Source: Burkholderiales bacterium
GTDB lineage: Bacteria; Pseudomonadota; Gammaproteobacteria; Burkholderiales; JAHFRG01
DNA: 64,000 bases
Assembly (NCBI GenBank): GCA_035543335.1
Contig: DASZZH010000026.1
Location: 15,508 to 79,507 of the forward strand
Direction: 5' to 3'
Of this stretch, positions 1 to 9,527 are shown in pieces (positions within the stretch are counted from its first letter, which is position 1; each line of letters begins with the position of its first letter). Below the pieces are notes generated by a model. That model had not been told where the DNA came from. It ran no database searches and saw nothing but the letters and a program-made list of their open reading frames with translations. The position numbers were made by a program, and so were the translations under genes.

Positions 1-2
1 GA

Positions 3-392
3 GTGGAAATCCAGTCACTCACCCTCAACGGCTTCCCCGCCGCCGCGGCGACGCTTTCCAGCCAGGACAAGCCGGTCAGGGTCACGGTCATTTATTTCAA
101 TAACCACGCCTTCCTGATTGTCGGCGGCGCGGCTTCCAAATCCGCCTTCGAGCGTTATCAGGAAAACTTCAACGCCACCGCCTCAAGCTTTCACGCCATC
201 ACCGATGCCGAGCGCAGGCTCGCCAAGCCGCTCAAAATCAAAATCATCAGCGCCGGAGACGGGCTCACTTATGCGGGGCTTGCAAAAAATTCGCCGCTGG
301 GAAAAAACGCCGAAAACCATCTGCGCCTGCTTAATGCACAATACCCTTCCGGGGAACCGCTGCGCGGCCAGGCTCTGAAAATCGTAGAATGA
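3..392 (+). CDS. 3' fragment of a gene entering from the left edge; C-terminal domain resembling COG4784-type putative M48 Zn-protease
   Basis: The frame is open from the window edge to TGA at 390-392 and has no start in the window. Similarity is recalled from the tails of betaproteobacterial periplasmic M48-family proteins. Confidence 0.4.
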   Translation: MEIQSLTLNGFPAAAATLSSQDKPVRVTVIYFNNHAFLIVGGAASKSAFERYQENFNATASSFHAITDAERRLAKPLKIKIISAGDGLTYAGLAKNSPLGKNAENHLRLLNAQYPSGEPLRGQALKIVE

Positions 393-422
393 CGGCGTAA
401 CGCGCTCACACTAAGGAACGAC

Positions 423-1313
423 ATGCTGGCGCAAAGCGAGATTATTGAAGTGCTGAATAACCGCGAATGGCGCTTTACGCTCGCGGGCGATGCCGCGATG
501 CAAACTGCCCGGGCGGTTGAAGCAGGCAAAGTGCTGTTTTCCCCCAGGCTGGCTTTTACTCTTGAACAAAACGAACGGCGCTTTCTTTCGCCCGCTTGCT
601 CGGACGGCAAAGCCAAGAACATCAGCTACGATTGCCGCAACCACACAATGCAAGGCACGGGCCTGGCGGGCAATGACCGCGCAGAGCTCGCCGCGATGAT
701 TGGGCGCTTTGCCAAGCAAGCGCGCATGCTCATCGAATCCCTGCTGCCGGGTTATTCGGCGCGTCTCGAGCAAGCGCTCGCCAGCTACCGGCCGATGCAG
801 GTGGAGAGCCGCACGCTTTCCCGGCGCAAGGACGATTCGCGGCTGCATGTGGACGCCTTTGCTTCGCGTCCCAACCGGGGCAAAAGAATTCTACGGGTGT
901 TCACCAACATCAACCCCGACGGCGAACCGCGGGTATGGAACATCGGCGAACCGTTCGAGCGTTTCGCGCCAAAGTATGTGCCGCAGATTTCACTGCCCCT
1001 GCCCGGCTCCGCCTGGCTCCTGGAGCATCTTCACCTCACCAAGGGCCGGCGCAGCCCCTACGATCACGTCATGCTGCAACTGCACGACCGGGCGAAACTC
1101 GACGAGTGCTACCAGCAAAACGCGGACAAGCTCACGTTCAGCTTCCCGCCGGGCTCGAGCTGGGTGATGTTCAGCGACCGGGTGCTGCACGCGGCGCTTT
1201 CCGGCCAGTATTTGCTGGAGCAAACTTTTTATCTGCCGGTCGCCGCGATGCAGGATGACGGCCGCTCGCCGCTGCATATCCTCGAGCGCCTCTACCACCG
1301 GGAATTGGCCTGA
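423..1313 (+). CDS. kdoO: Kdo hydroxylase (KdoO-like Fe(II)/2-oxoglutarate dioxygenase)
   Basis: 296 aa, with RLHVDAF...RILRVFTNINPDGEPRVW and a VLHAA tail typical of the Kdo hydroxylase family. Its stop overlaps the next gene's ATG. Confidence 0.7.
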   Translation: MLAQSEIIEVLNNREWRFTLAGDAAMQTARAVEAGKVLFSPRLAFTLEQNERRFLSPACSDGKAKNISYDCRNHTMQGTGLAGNDRAELAAMIGRFAKQARMLIESLLPGYSARLEQALASYRPMQVESRTLSRRKDDSRLHVDAFASRPNRGKRILRVFTNINPDGEPRVWNIGEPFERFAPKYVPQISLPLPGSAWLLEHLHLTKGRRSPYDHVMLQLHDRAKLDECYQQNADKLTFSFPPGSSWVMFSDRVLHAALSGQYLLEQTFYLPVAAMQDDGRSPLHILERLYHRELA

Positions 1314-2989
1314 TGATGTATTTTTCCGACAATCTTTTTCAAACGGAACGCGCTCCCGCGATAAAGCTCTCGCATATCACCGCCACCTGCCTGCTTTGCC
1401 TGGCCTGGATTCTTCCCGGATTGATCGGCCATGAGCCGTGGAAGCCCGACGAGGCGCACAGCTTTGGGCTGGTGTTTCACATCCTTAATCACGGCGATTG
1501 GGTGGTGCCCACATTGGCTGGCGAGCCTTACATGGAAAAACCACCGTTTTTTTATTTGAGCGCCGCTTTCTTCGGCCGGCTTTTCTCCCCGTTTTTGCCG
1601 CTGCACGATGCAGTGCGGCTCGCCAGCGGTTTTTACATGGCGGCGACGCTCGTTTGCATCGGTCTCGCCGCGCGCGCGCTCTATGGGCGCGGCCAAGGCA
1701 CGATGAGCGCGTTGCTTTTGCTGGGCTGTCTGGGTCTGCTGGTGCGTGCGCACCAGCTCGTTTCCGATATTGGCCTGCTCGCCGGTTTTGCGCTCTGCCT
1801 CTACGGCCTGGCCTTAAATCGCGAACGCCCGCTGCGGGCGGGGTTGATTACCGGAACCGGCGTGGGTCTCGGCTTCATGTGCCGCGGAACGCTTGCGCCG
1901 ATGGTGATGGCGCTCACTTGCCTGCTGTTGCCGCTGCTGTTTCGTGAATGGCGCGACCGCCGTTATGCCTTGACCATTTTCATCACGGCAATTGCAAGCG
2001 CGCCGTGGCTGATTATCTGGCCTTATGCCCTCTACCAGCGCTCTCCGGAGCTTTACCACCAGTGGCTGTGGGTTCAGGACTTGGGACGCCTAATTGGTCT
2101 GGCTCCGACCGGTAAGGAAGCTTCGGCTTGGTATTTTCTGAAAACCCTGCCGTGGTTTGCCTGGCCAGCGCTGCCGCTCGCACTGTGGGCCTTGTGGCAC
2201 AGGCGGCGCAAAATTTTTAACCATGCGGAAATTCAATTGCCGCTGGTGCTGTTGGTCGTGCTGTATGCCGCGCTAAGCCTCGATACCGACACTCACGATC
2301 TGGATGCGCTGCCACTGCTTTTGCCGATTGTGCTGCTCGCCACGCCCGCACTGGGAACTCTGCAGCGCAGCGCGGCCAACGCGCTCGACTGGTTCGGCAT
2401 CATGACTTTCGGCTTGCTCACGCTCGGTTTATGGCTGGGCTGGCTGGCGTTGATGACAGGTTCCCCCGCCGGCATCGCCATCCGGCTTAACGAGTATCTG
2501 CCGGGATACAACCTGCCGTTTAATCTTTTCCATTTTTTAATCGCGGTTGCGTTTACCCTTGGATGGCTGGCGTTGATCAGCCGCATCGGGCGCTCCAACC
2601 GCCGCGCTGTCATCAACTGGGCCGGCGGCATCACCATGGTGTGGATGCTGGCGATGACCTTGTGGCTACCCTGGCTGGATGTAAGCAAGAACTACCGCTG
2701 GATGATGGCTTCGCTGCAGCAGTCGCTGCCGGCGAAATTCCTGTGCATATCCAGCCGCGGATTGGGTGAGCCGCAGCGTTCCATGCTTGAGTATTACACC
2801 GGCATCCTTACCCAGCGCATGGAACTTTCCGGTACCGCCGACTGCGACTTGCTGTTGATTCAAAGCAGATCGCAAGAGACTCCCTCGGTCAGTCCGGGTT
2901 GGGAAAAAATCTGGGAAGGCAGCCGTCCTGGTGACCACAACGAGCGTTACCGCCTCTACCAGAGGCAGGAGCGCATTAACCTGCCCTAA
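1313..2989 (+). CDS. GT-C fold glycosyltransferase family 39 (ArnT/PMT-like) membrane protein
   Basis: 558 aa and polytopic. The N-terminal GHEPWKPDEAHSFG...MEKPPFFY motif is typical of ArnT-like undecaprenyl-phosphate-sugar transferases. Confidence 0.75.
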   Translation: MMYFSDNLFQTERAPAIKLSHITATCLLCLAWILPGLIGHEPWKPDEAHSFGLVFHILNHGDWVVPTLAGEPYMEKPPFFYLSAAFFGRLFSPFLPLHDAVRLASGFYMAATLVCIGLAARALYGRGQGTMSALLLLGCLGLLVRAHQLVSDIGLLAGFALCLYGLALNRERPLRAGLITGTGVGLGFMCRGTLAPMVMALTCLLLPLLFREWRDRRYALTIFITAIASAPWLIIWPYALYQRSPELYHQWLWVQDLGRLIGLAPTGKEASAWYFLKTLPWFAWPALPLALWALWHRRRKIFNHAEIQLPLVLLVVLYAALSLDTDTHDLDALPLLLPIVLLATPALGTLQRSAANALDWFGIMTFGLLTLGLWLGWLALMTGSPAGIAIRLNEYLPGYNLPFNLFHFLIAVAFTLGWLALISRIGRSNRRAVINWAGGITMVWMLAMTLWLPWLDVSKNYRWMMASLQQSLPAKFLCISSRGLGEPQRSMLEYYTGILTQRMELSGTADCDLLLIQSRSQETPSVSPGWEKIWEGSRPGDHNERYRLYQRQERINLP

Positions 2990-3110
2990 GGCTGATGGCA
3001 AAGCGCCTCGACAGGTGCAAGTTGTCAGGGTAAACTGGCATTGTGCGGCGCATCATTTTTTTTAATTAATGTGAGATATTGTTTTTAAATAAATTTTAAT
3101 GGGTGATGGG

Positions 3111-4298
3111 ATGAGCAATTCGCGTGAAGTGGTGGTGTTGAGCGGCGTGCGTACGGCAATCGGTGATTATGGCGGCAGTCTCAAGGATTTTGCGCCCAGC
3201 GAACTGGCAGCGCGAGTGGTGAAGGAAGCGGTAAGCCGCGCCAAGGTTGACCCCAAGGAAGTCGGCCATTGCGTATTCGGCAATGTAATTCACAGCGAAG
3301 CAAAAGATATGTATCTCGCGCGCGTTGCCTGCATCAAGGGCGGGCTGCCGCAGGAAACCCCGGCTCTCACCTTAAACCGCCTGTGCGGCAGCGGCCTGCA
3401 GGCGATTGTCAGCGCTTCACAGCATATTCTGCTCGGCGACATCGACACGGCGGTTGCGGGCGGCGTCGAAAGCATGAGCCGCGGCGGCTATCTGCTGCCC
3501 AACATGCGCTGGGGCCAGCGCATGAACGACGGCGGCGTGGTGGACATGATGGTGGGCGCGCTCACCGACCCGTTCGACACCATTCACATGGGCATCACCG
3601 CCGAAAACGTCGCGGCGCGCTGCAAACTTTCGCGTGAAGAACAGGATGCGTTCGCAGTGGAAAGCCACAAGCGTGCAGCAGCCGCGCGCGCCAAAGGCTA
3701 TTTCAAGGACCAAATCCTGCCCATCGAAATCAAATCCAAAAAAGGTCCGATCTTTTTCGTCAGCGACGAGCATATCCGTGAAGATGCGAGCGTTGAAGGT
3801 ATGGCCAAACTCAGAGCAGCGTTCCAGAAAGACGGCACGGTGACCGCGGGCAACGCCTCCGGCATCAACGACGCCGCCGCAGCGGTGGTGTTGATGGAAA
3901 GAAAGGCCGCGGAGAAAAAAGGCCTGAAGCCGATGCTGCGGCTCCTAGCTTACGCGCATTCCGGCGTGGACCCGAAAATCATGGGCATCGGCCCGGTGCC
4001 AGCGGTAAAGAAAGTGCTGGAAAAATCCGGGCTCAAGCTCGAGCAGATGGACGTGATCGAATCCAATGAAGCGTTTGCCGCGCAGGCGATGGGAGTTTCC
4101 AAGGAACTCGGCATGCACCCGCAGAAAGTAAACCCCAATGGCGGCGCGATTGCCCTCGGACATCCGATTGGCGCGACCGGCTGCATTCTCACCATCAAGG
4201 CCATGTACGAGCTGCACCGCACCAGCGGGCGTTACGGCCTGGTGACCATGTGCATCGGCGGCGGCCAGGGCATCGCCGCGGTATACGAGCGAATATAA
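3111..4298 (+). CDS. acetyl-CoA C-acetyltransferase (thiolase II)
   Basis: Thiolase signatures are present: NRLCGSGLQA, the active-site Cys, GNASGINDAAAA and CIGGGQG. The start was placed at MSNSREVVVLSG, although the ORF opens at 3099. Confidence 0.9.
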   Translation: MSNSREVVVLSGVRTAIGDYGGSLKDFAPSELAARVVKEAVSRAKVDPKEVGHCVFGNVIHSEAKDMYLARVACIKGGLPQETPALTLNRLCGSGLQAIVSASQHILLGDIDTAVAGGVESMSRGGYLLPNMRWGQRMNDGGVVDMMVGALTDPFDTIHMGITAENVAARCKLSREEQDAFAVESHKRAAAARAKGYFKDQILPIEIKSKKGPIFFVSDEHIREDASVEGMAKLRAAFQKDGTVTAGNASGINDAAAAVVLMERKAAEKKGLKPMLRLLAYAHSGVDPKIMGIGPVPAVKKVLEKSGLKLEQMDVIESNEAFAAQAMGVSKELGMHPQKVNPNGGAIALGHPIGATGCILTIKAMYELHRTSGRYGLVTMCIGGGQGIAAVYERI

Positions 4299-4487
4299 AA
4301 AAAGAGTTTGCGAAAAACCATGGGGCGCGCAAGCGTTCTGATGATGTCAACGCCGGGCACCCGTTCGGCCTTGCCTACGCCGCCGCGCAAATAAAAAAGG
4401 CTTGGAGGAAGCCCATCAATCTCTGGTTAAACTTGATAGCCGTCTGGCGGAAGAATTCTTGAAGCAAACAAACGAAGTGATTGCTCA

Positions 4488-5227
4488 CTAAACTACCTGA
4501 CCGGCCCTAAGCTGCTTTAGCTCTTCCAGACAGAAATGGGTAAAGCAAAGGCCAATGTAAATCGGCGAAAGCAGATTTACCACCGGCACAAACTGGGTTA
4601 GTCCCAATATCGCCCCTAGAACATAAAGCCGGCCACTGGAGCGTTCCAGAATCTGCTCGAATTCATCGCGGCTTGCGTGTTCGGCAAGCGCATCGTAGCG
4701 GAACAGCCGCTGGTTTAAATACGCTGCGAGCAGGATCGGCAGCACCACTGCCGGTAAACCGAAAACCCACAGCGGCAAGGTCACCAGCCACAGCACTACA
4801 AACACCACCACCGCCACCAGCGCATTCCATAATACTGCCCATCGCCGTCCCGCCTGCCTTCCTTTCCAGCTCGGGAAAGTCGTGTGCCGTCACATGCTTC
4901 ACCATGATGGGCATGGCGATGACTGAAGGCCACCAGCAGCGCGGTAATCAGAATGCAAGGAAAGAGCAGCAGCAAAGCCAAAATCACCGCCAGATAGGCA
5001 GCGAGTCCGTGGATTTCGAAACGCAGCAGGAAACTATCCACTGAAGTTGAGGCGAGAAATGCGCTCGCGCTGTTGACCCAGTCGTGCCAGAACCAGAAGA
5101 CGAGCCCGCCCCAGATGACCAAGGCCAAAAGTACCGGCCATAACACCAGCGCCAGCATCTTGGGGTGTAACAGGCTGGCCAGAGCATTTGCCAGCGCTCT
5201 GAACACATTTTCAAAGTTATAACTCAT
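4488..5227 (-). pseudogene. EI24/CysZ-like membrane protein gene split over three frames (two frameshifts)
   Basis: The N-terminal part is in frame with 5227. The conserved AMPIMVKHV...GGTAMGSI segment is in the frame of ORF 4663..4914. The C-terminal WNALVAVVVFVVLWLVTLPLW... part is in the frame of ORF 4488..4817. The junctions fall near 4925-4930 and 4827-4832. Confidence 0.65.
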
Positions 5228-5299
5228 TGATAAATATTGATATATACATTAAAACCACCATTATTTATGATGCACAGCAAAATTTTTTTAAATAAAGTG

Positions 5300-5327
5300 T
5301 TGACACATTCAATTAAATCAGTACAAT
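5300..5327 (+). promoter_or_regulatory. sigma70-type promoter upstream of the phasin gene
   Basis: TTGACA (5300-5305), a 16-nt spacer and TACAAT (5322-5327) lie in an AT-rich region. TGCAGTGCA follows at 5338-5346. Confidence 0.5.
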
Positions 5328-5408
5328 GGTTAATTATTGCAGTGCAGCATTAGCCATACGGAGGTGCCATTGCAAAAGCTTTGAAACTTTATACTTTAGG
5401 AGAAATTC

Positions 5409-5948
5409 ATGTTTAACGTACCTGAGCAATTCGTTGCGGCCAAGAAGGCCAACCTGGAAACCGCAGTTGGTTTGACCACCGTTGCGCTGGAAGGCGCCGG
5501 GCACCTGATCGACCTGCAGCTTACCACCGCCAAAGCCGCGCTGGCCGAAGGCACCAAGTACGCCAAGGCGCTGCTGGACGCCAAAGATGCGCAGGAAGTA
5601 ATTGCCCTGCAGTCCACGGTTGTTGAACCCGGCTTTGAAAAAGCGCTGGCCTACTCGCGCAGCGTCTATGAAGTAGCGAGCCAAACCCAGGCTGAAATCA
5701 CCAAGCTGGTGGAAGCACGCGTCGCCGATTTCAACAAGATCGTCGTTGCTGCTCTGGACAAGGCTGTGAAAACCGCCCCCGCCGGTTCCGATGTCGCGGT
5801 TGCCGCGGTGAAATCCGCGATGGCCGCCGCCAACTCCGCTTATGACACTATTTCCAAGGCTGCCAAGCAAGTTGCGGAACTGACCGAAGCCAGCGTTGCT
5901 GCTGCCACGACGCAAGCAGTGAATGCCAGCAAAAAGAAAGCGGCTTAA
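5409..5948 (+). CDS. phaP: phasin family PHA-granule protein
   Basis: 179 aa and Ala-rich helical. The N-terminus (FNVPEQF...AKKANLE) is phasin-like. A strong SD (AGGAGA) precedes the gene and a terminator follows it. Confidence 0.85.
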   Translation: MFNVPEQFVAAKKANLETAVGLTTVALEGAGHLIDLQLTTAKAALAEGTKYAKALLDAKDAQEVIALQSTVVEPGFEKALAYSRSVYEVASQTQAEITKLVEARVADFNKIVVAALDKAVKTAPAGSDVAVAAVKSAMAAANSAYDTISKAAKQVAELTEASVAAATTQAVNASKKKAA

Positions 5949-5988
5949 TTTCCGGTCCTTTTAGACAATACTTCCTTAAGCCTTCAAA

Positions 5989-6019
5989 CCCCCGGCAATA
6001 CCGGGGGTTTTTTATTTTT
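5989..6019 (+). terminator. rho-independent terminator after phasin
   Basis: A CCCCCGG-caata-CCGGGGG stem-loop is followed by TTTTTTATTTTT. Confidence 0.8.
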
Positions 6020-6115
6020 GCGCATCAGCCTGTTGGGTAAAACATCCAAAGCACGTAAAATGACGCGGTAACCGGTTTCATCCGGAGCACTCATTTTCTT
6101 ACCGGCGCCAATAAC

Positions 6116-7780
6116 ATGCCCGCGCTCACCCGATCTCCCGCCTGGAAAGCCCTGAAAGCGCATCATAAGACCCTCGCCAAACGGCACCTGCGTGAATTGT
6201 TTGCCGCAGACCCGCGCCGTTTCGACCAATTTTCGCTGCAATTTAATGACATTCTGCTCGACTATTCGAAAAACCGCATCAACAAAGAAACGCTGCGCCT
6301 GCTCATCGCGCTAGCCAAGCAGGCTGAACTCAAGCGCTGGATCAAAAAAATACTAAGCGGGGAAAAAATCAACAACACCGAAAACCGCGCCGCGCTGCAC
6401 ATGGCGCTGCGCAATCGATCAGGGCGCGACATCCAGGTGGACGGCCGTGACCTCATGCCGCAAGTGGAAAAGAGCCTCGAACACATGCGCCGCTTTTCCG
6501 ACGCGGTGCGCAGCGGCACCACTAGGGGACACACCCACAAAGCTTTTACCGACGTAGTAAATCTCGGCATCGGCGGCTCGCACCTCGGTCCGCTGATGGT
6601 GACGAAAGCGCTCAAGCCCTATGCCAGCCCGCATTTGCGCCTGCACTTCGTCTCGAACGTGGATGGCAGCGATCTTGCCGATGCACTGCGCGGGCTTAAC
6701 CCGGAAACCACGCTGTTCCTGGTTGTCTCCAAAACCTTCACCACTGCAGAGACGCTCGCCAATGCGCGCTCCGCGCGCAAGTGGCTGCTTGACAAGCTCC
6801 CTGAAGAAGCCGTCACCAAGCATTTCGCCGCTGTTTCCGCCAACCCGGATGCAGCGAAAGAATTCGGCATTCTGGCAAATCACGTTTTCGAATTCTGGGA
6901 CTGGGTGGGCGGCCGCTATTCGCTGTGGTCCGCGGTCGGGCTTTCCATCGCCATCAGCATCGGCATGGACAATTTCAGCGAACTCCTCGGTGGCGCGTAT
7001 CAGATGGATGAGCATTTCATCGATGCGCCGTTGGAGAAAAACATGCCGGTAATACTCGGCCTGCTTTCCATCTGGTACACTAATTTCTTCGGTGCCGAAA
7101 CCCATGCGGTGCTGCCTTACGACCAGCTTTTGCGCTACCTGCCGGCTTATTTGCAGCAACTGGAAATGGAAAGCAACGGCAAGCGCGTGACCCGCGACGG
7201 CGAGGCCGTAAACTATGCCACCGCGCCGATCATCTGGGGAGAGGCCGGCACCAATGGCCAGCACTCCTTCTACCAGCTTATCGCTCAGGGCACGCGCTTC
7301 GTGCCGATGGACTTTCTCGCCGCGTGCGAGGCGCAGCACACGTTTGCCGAACATCATGCGCTGTTACTCGCGAACTTTTTTGCGCAGAGCGAAGGGTTGA
7401 TGCAAGGACAAACGGAAAGCGAAGTGGATGGCGAACCCGCACGGCATAAAGCGTTCCCCGGCAATCAGCCCAGTAACTCGATTCTGTTCAGGAAACTCGA
7501 TCCGAAAACCCTGGGCGCGCTGATTGCGCTCTACGAGCACAAGGTATTTGTCGAAAGCGTAATCTGGAACGTGAACCCCTTCGACCAGTGGGGGGTGGAG
7601 CTGGGGAAGACGCTGGCGAAAAAAATCCTCCGCGAGCTTTTTATGAGCGGCAAAACCGATTCGCACGACTCTTCGACCAACGGGCTTATCAACTACTTTA
7701 AAGAGGCCACTAAGTCCTCACCCCCGCCCTCTCCCCGTGAACGCGGCGGGAAGGTCAGGGTGAGGGGAAATAAGCAATAG
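6116..7780 (+). CDS. pgi: glucose-6-phosphate isomerase with a repeat-derived C-terminal extension
   Basis: 554 aa with typical PGI blocks ([38 protein letters not shown]). The last ~20 codons read into a REP-like element. Confidence 0.95.
   Translation: MPALTRSPAWKALKAHHKTLAKRHLRELFAADPRRFDQFSLQFNDILLDYSKNRINKETLRLLIALAKQAELKRWIKKILSGEKINNTENRAALHMALRNRSGRDIQVDGRDLMPQVEKSLEHMRRFSDAVRSGTTRGHTHKAFTDVVNLGIGGSHLGPLMVTKALKPYASPHLRLHFVSNVDGSDLADALRGLNPETTLFLVVSKTFTTAETLANARSARKWLLDKLPEEAVTKHFAAVSANPDAAKEFGILANHVFEFWDWVGGRYSLWSAVGLSIAISIGMDNFSELLGGAYQMDEHFIDAPLEKNMPVILGLLSIWYTNFFGAETHAVLPYDQLLRYLPAYLQQLEMESNGKRVTRDGEAVNYATAPIIWGEAGTNGQHSFYQLIAQGTRFVPMDFLAACEAQHTFAEHHALLLANFFAQSEGLMQGQTESEVDGEPARHKAFPGNQPSNSILFRKLDPKTLGALIALYEHKVFVESVIWNVNPFDQWGVELGKTLAKKILRELFMSGKTDSHDSSTNGLINYFKEATKSSPPPSPRERGGKVRVRGNKQ
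7709..7767. repeat. REP-like hairpin (CCTCACCC...GGGTGAGG) at the pgi 3' end
   Basis: It has inverted arms at 7716-7723 and 7757-7764. The CCCTCTCCCCG core is related to copies at 48548-48620 and 52963-52990. Confidence 0.6.
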
Positions 7781-7804
7781 GAGATTGATTCAAAGGAGGA
7801 CATC

Positions 7805-8011
7805 ATGAACGAAGAAGTTTTTAACCTAAGCATCCGCAAATTCCTGAAAACGGTCGGCGTCCGCTCGCAGCACGAAATCGAGCAGGCGGTCACCAAGGCG
7901 ATCACGCAGGGAAAAATCTCCGGCAAGGAAAGCTTTCCGGCCAGCATGAACTTGCGGATTGGCGAGCTCAAGCTTGACGTCAGGTTCGACGGCGAAATCA
8001 ATCTCAAGTAG
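7805..8011 (+). CDS. small conserved hypothetical protein (68 aa)
   Basis: A strong SD (AAAGGAGGAC) sits 5 nt upstream of the ATG, and the composition is coding-like. I do not recognise a function. Confidence 0.5.
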   Translation: MNEEVFNLSIRKFLKTVGVRSQHEIEQAVTKAITQGKISGKESFPASMNLRIGELKLDVRFDGEINLK

Positions 8012-8027
8012 TTGGTGGAAAACCGCC

Positions 8028-8861
8028 CTAGCCGCGCGGCGGGATTCCACTCAGCATGGCCGCGATTTGACGCTGGAACAAGCTCATGCCTTGCCCGGCG
8101 TAGTGCACCGCAAGCGCGAGATTGAGCGCCGGGGTCAATTCCTGTCGCAACACCGCGAGTTCTTGAGGATTGCCTGTTGCAATCCGCGCCGGCACGTTCG
8201 CATCGTTCAAAAATTCCAAGGCGAGCCCCTGCGCGCCGCCGTAAAGCGAACCGCTACCCTGCCAGATTTGCGCCATCGCCTGTAAATCAACGCTGATTGC
8301 TTCGTTTTTTTTCAGCGTCGCAAGGCCGCTGGTCCAAGTTTGCGCCATTCCCACCTGCATCAGGTTTTGCATCTGCCTCACGAAATAACCCGAACCACTG
8401 GGACCGCAGTGCAGCCAGCGCCCGCGGGCAATTGCTTCAAGTTCAGGCTTGATTTGTTCTATTGCTTGCGCTTCGCCGCCCAGCGTCAGCGCATAACCGT
8501 GCTCTTCATTGCCGCCTGCCATTCCCGCATCGACGAGAAATATCCCCTTCCCGGCAAGCATCCGAGCCCGGTCTTGAGCCGCCCGGTAATGCGCGGGTCC
8601 ACAGTCTACTATGATATCGCCCGAGCCAAGCAGAGGCTGAAGCAGCGCAAGGGTAAGCCGGGAATCCACGACTGGCGCGAGCCAAATCGTTCGCGGCATT
8701 GCGACCGCTTGCATGAGCTCAGGCAAAGTCGCAAAGGTTTTAATGCCGGGTTCAAAATGGGCGCCCGCATCCCAGGCCGCCACGGCAAGGCTGGCCGAGC
8801 GCAGGCGGCTCACCATGCCTTGCGCTTCTCCGCCCAGGCCAATCACTGCGTTTTCCGGCAC
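8028..8861 (-). CDS. 6-phosphogluconate dehydrogenase-like NAD(P)-binding protein (divergent short Gnd/YqeC-type)
   Basis: 277 aa. It has an N-terminal GLGGEA Rossmann loop, GDIIVDCG and FLVDAGMAGG blocks, and a C-terminal IWQGSG segment, all collinear with short 6PGDH-like proteins. Confidence 0.55.
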   Translation of the reverse strand: MPENAVIGLGGEAQGMVSRLRSASLAVAAWDAGAHFEPGIKTFATLPELMQAVAMPRTIWLAPVVDSRLTLALLQPLLGSGDIIVDCGPAHYRAAQDRARMLAGKGIFLVDAGMAGGNEEHGYALTLGGEAQAIEQIKPELEAIARGRWLHCGPSGSGYFVRQMQNLMQVGMAQTWTSGLATLKKNEAISVDLQAMAQIWQGSGSLYGGAQGLALEFLNDANVPARIATGNPQELAVLRQELTPALNLALAVHYAGQGMSLFQRQIAAMLSGIPPRG

Positions 8862-8877
8862 CCCGTCCTCCTGCGAT

Positions 8878-9408
8878 TTAACTCCCCGGCGTAGTTTTGG
8901 GCTGCCTCAGAATCAGGCGGTCCTCACGCTGAGTGAATTCCAGACGCTTGAGAAAATTCATGCCAAGCAGCACAGTTTCGCCCTCCATGCCTTCTGTCGC
9001 CACGGCGCTGACGTCACGCATTTCAATCGGCCCGACACGCACACTTTGCAGCCGCGTTTCGTAGCCGATCACCCTGCCGTTGGCGGTGTTGAGTACAATG
9101 TCCTGGCCGCGCTTTAAATCAAGCCGACGCGCGAACTGCGCCGGAAGTGCGACCTGAGTTGCCCCGGTGTCGAGCAGAAAAGTAACCCGGGCACCGTTGA
9201 TTTCTCCCTCCGCCACATAGTGTCCTTCGCGATTGCGCTTCAACACCAGCTCGTCGCTTTGCTTCTGCAGCAGAACTTGTGGATTGGGATTGTACTGGCG
9301 CCGTTCCCAGCCGTTGAAATACCAAAATACCAGTCCGAAAACCAGCGTCCAGGCGATAATCAGGAATGTGATGCCGCTGCGGCGGTGCGGATTTTGATCT
9401 TGTTCCAT
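8878..9408 (-). CDS. retropepsin-like (clan AA, TIGR02281-type) aspartic protease, membrane-anchored
   Basis: 176 aa, with an N-terminal TM helix and an FLLDTGAT active-site motif. Confidence 0.8.
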   Translation of the reverse strand: MEQDQNPHRRSGITFLIIAWTLVFGLVFWYFNGWERRQYNPNPQVLLQKQSDELVLKRNREGHYVAEGEINGARVTFLLDTGATQVALPAQFARRLDLKRGQDIVLNTANGRVIGYETRLQSVRVGPIEMRDVSAVATEGMEGETVLLGMNFLKRLEFTQREDRLILRQPKTTPGS

Positions 9409-9415
9409 TTATTCT

Positions 9416-9516
9416 TACCGCAGAGGCGCAGAGATGTTTTAGCGCAAAAGTAAGGAAAAAGCTAAAGAATCCAGTCCGGCAAGACTTTTTTCCTCTGTGA
9501 CTCAGCGTCTCCGCGG
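9416..9516. repeat. REP-like imperfect hairpin (ACCGCAGAGGCGCAGAG ... CTCTGTGACTCAGCGTCTCCGCGGT)
   Basis: Inverted arms sit in the intergenic space between the protease start and the orn stop. The CTCTGTGA motif recurs in the island repeats. Confidence 0.5.
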
Positions 9517-9527
9517 TTCAATAGAGT

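Noticed and set aside
6419-7357. A 312-aa minus-strand ORF.
   Set aside because: It is antisense to pgi.
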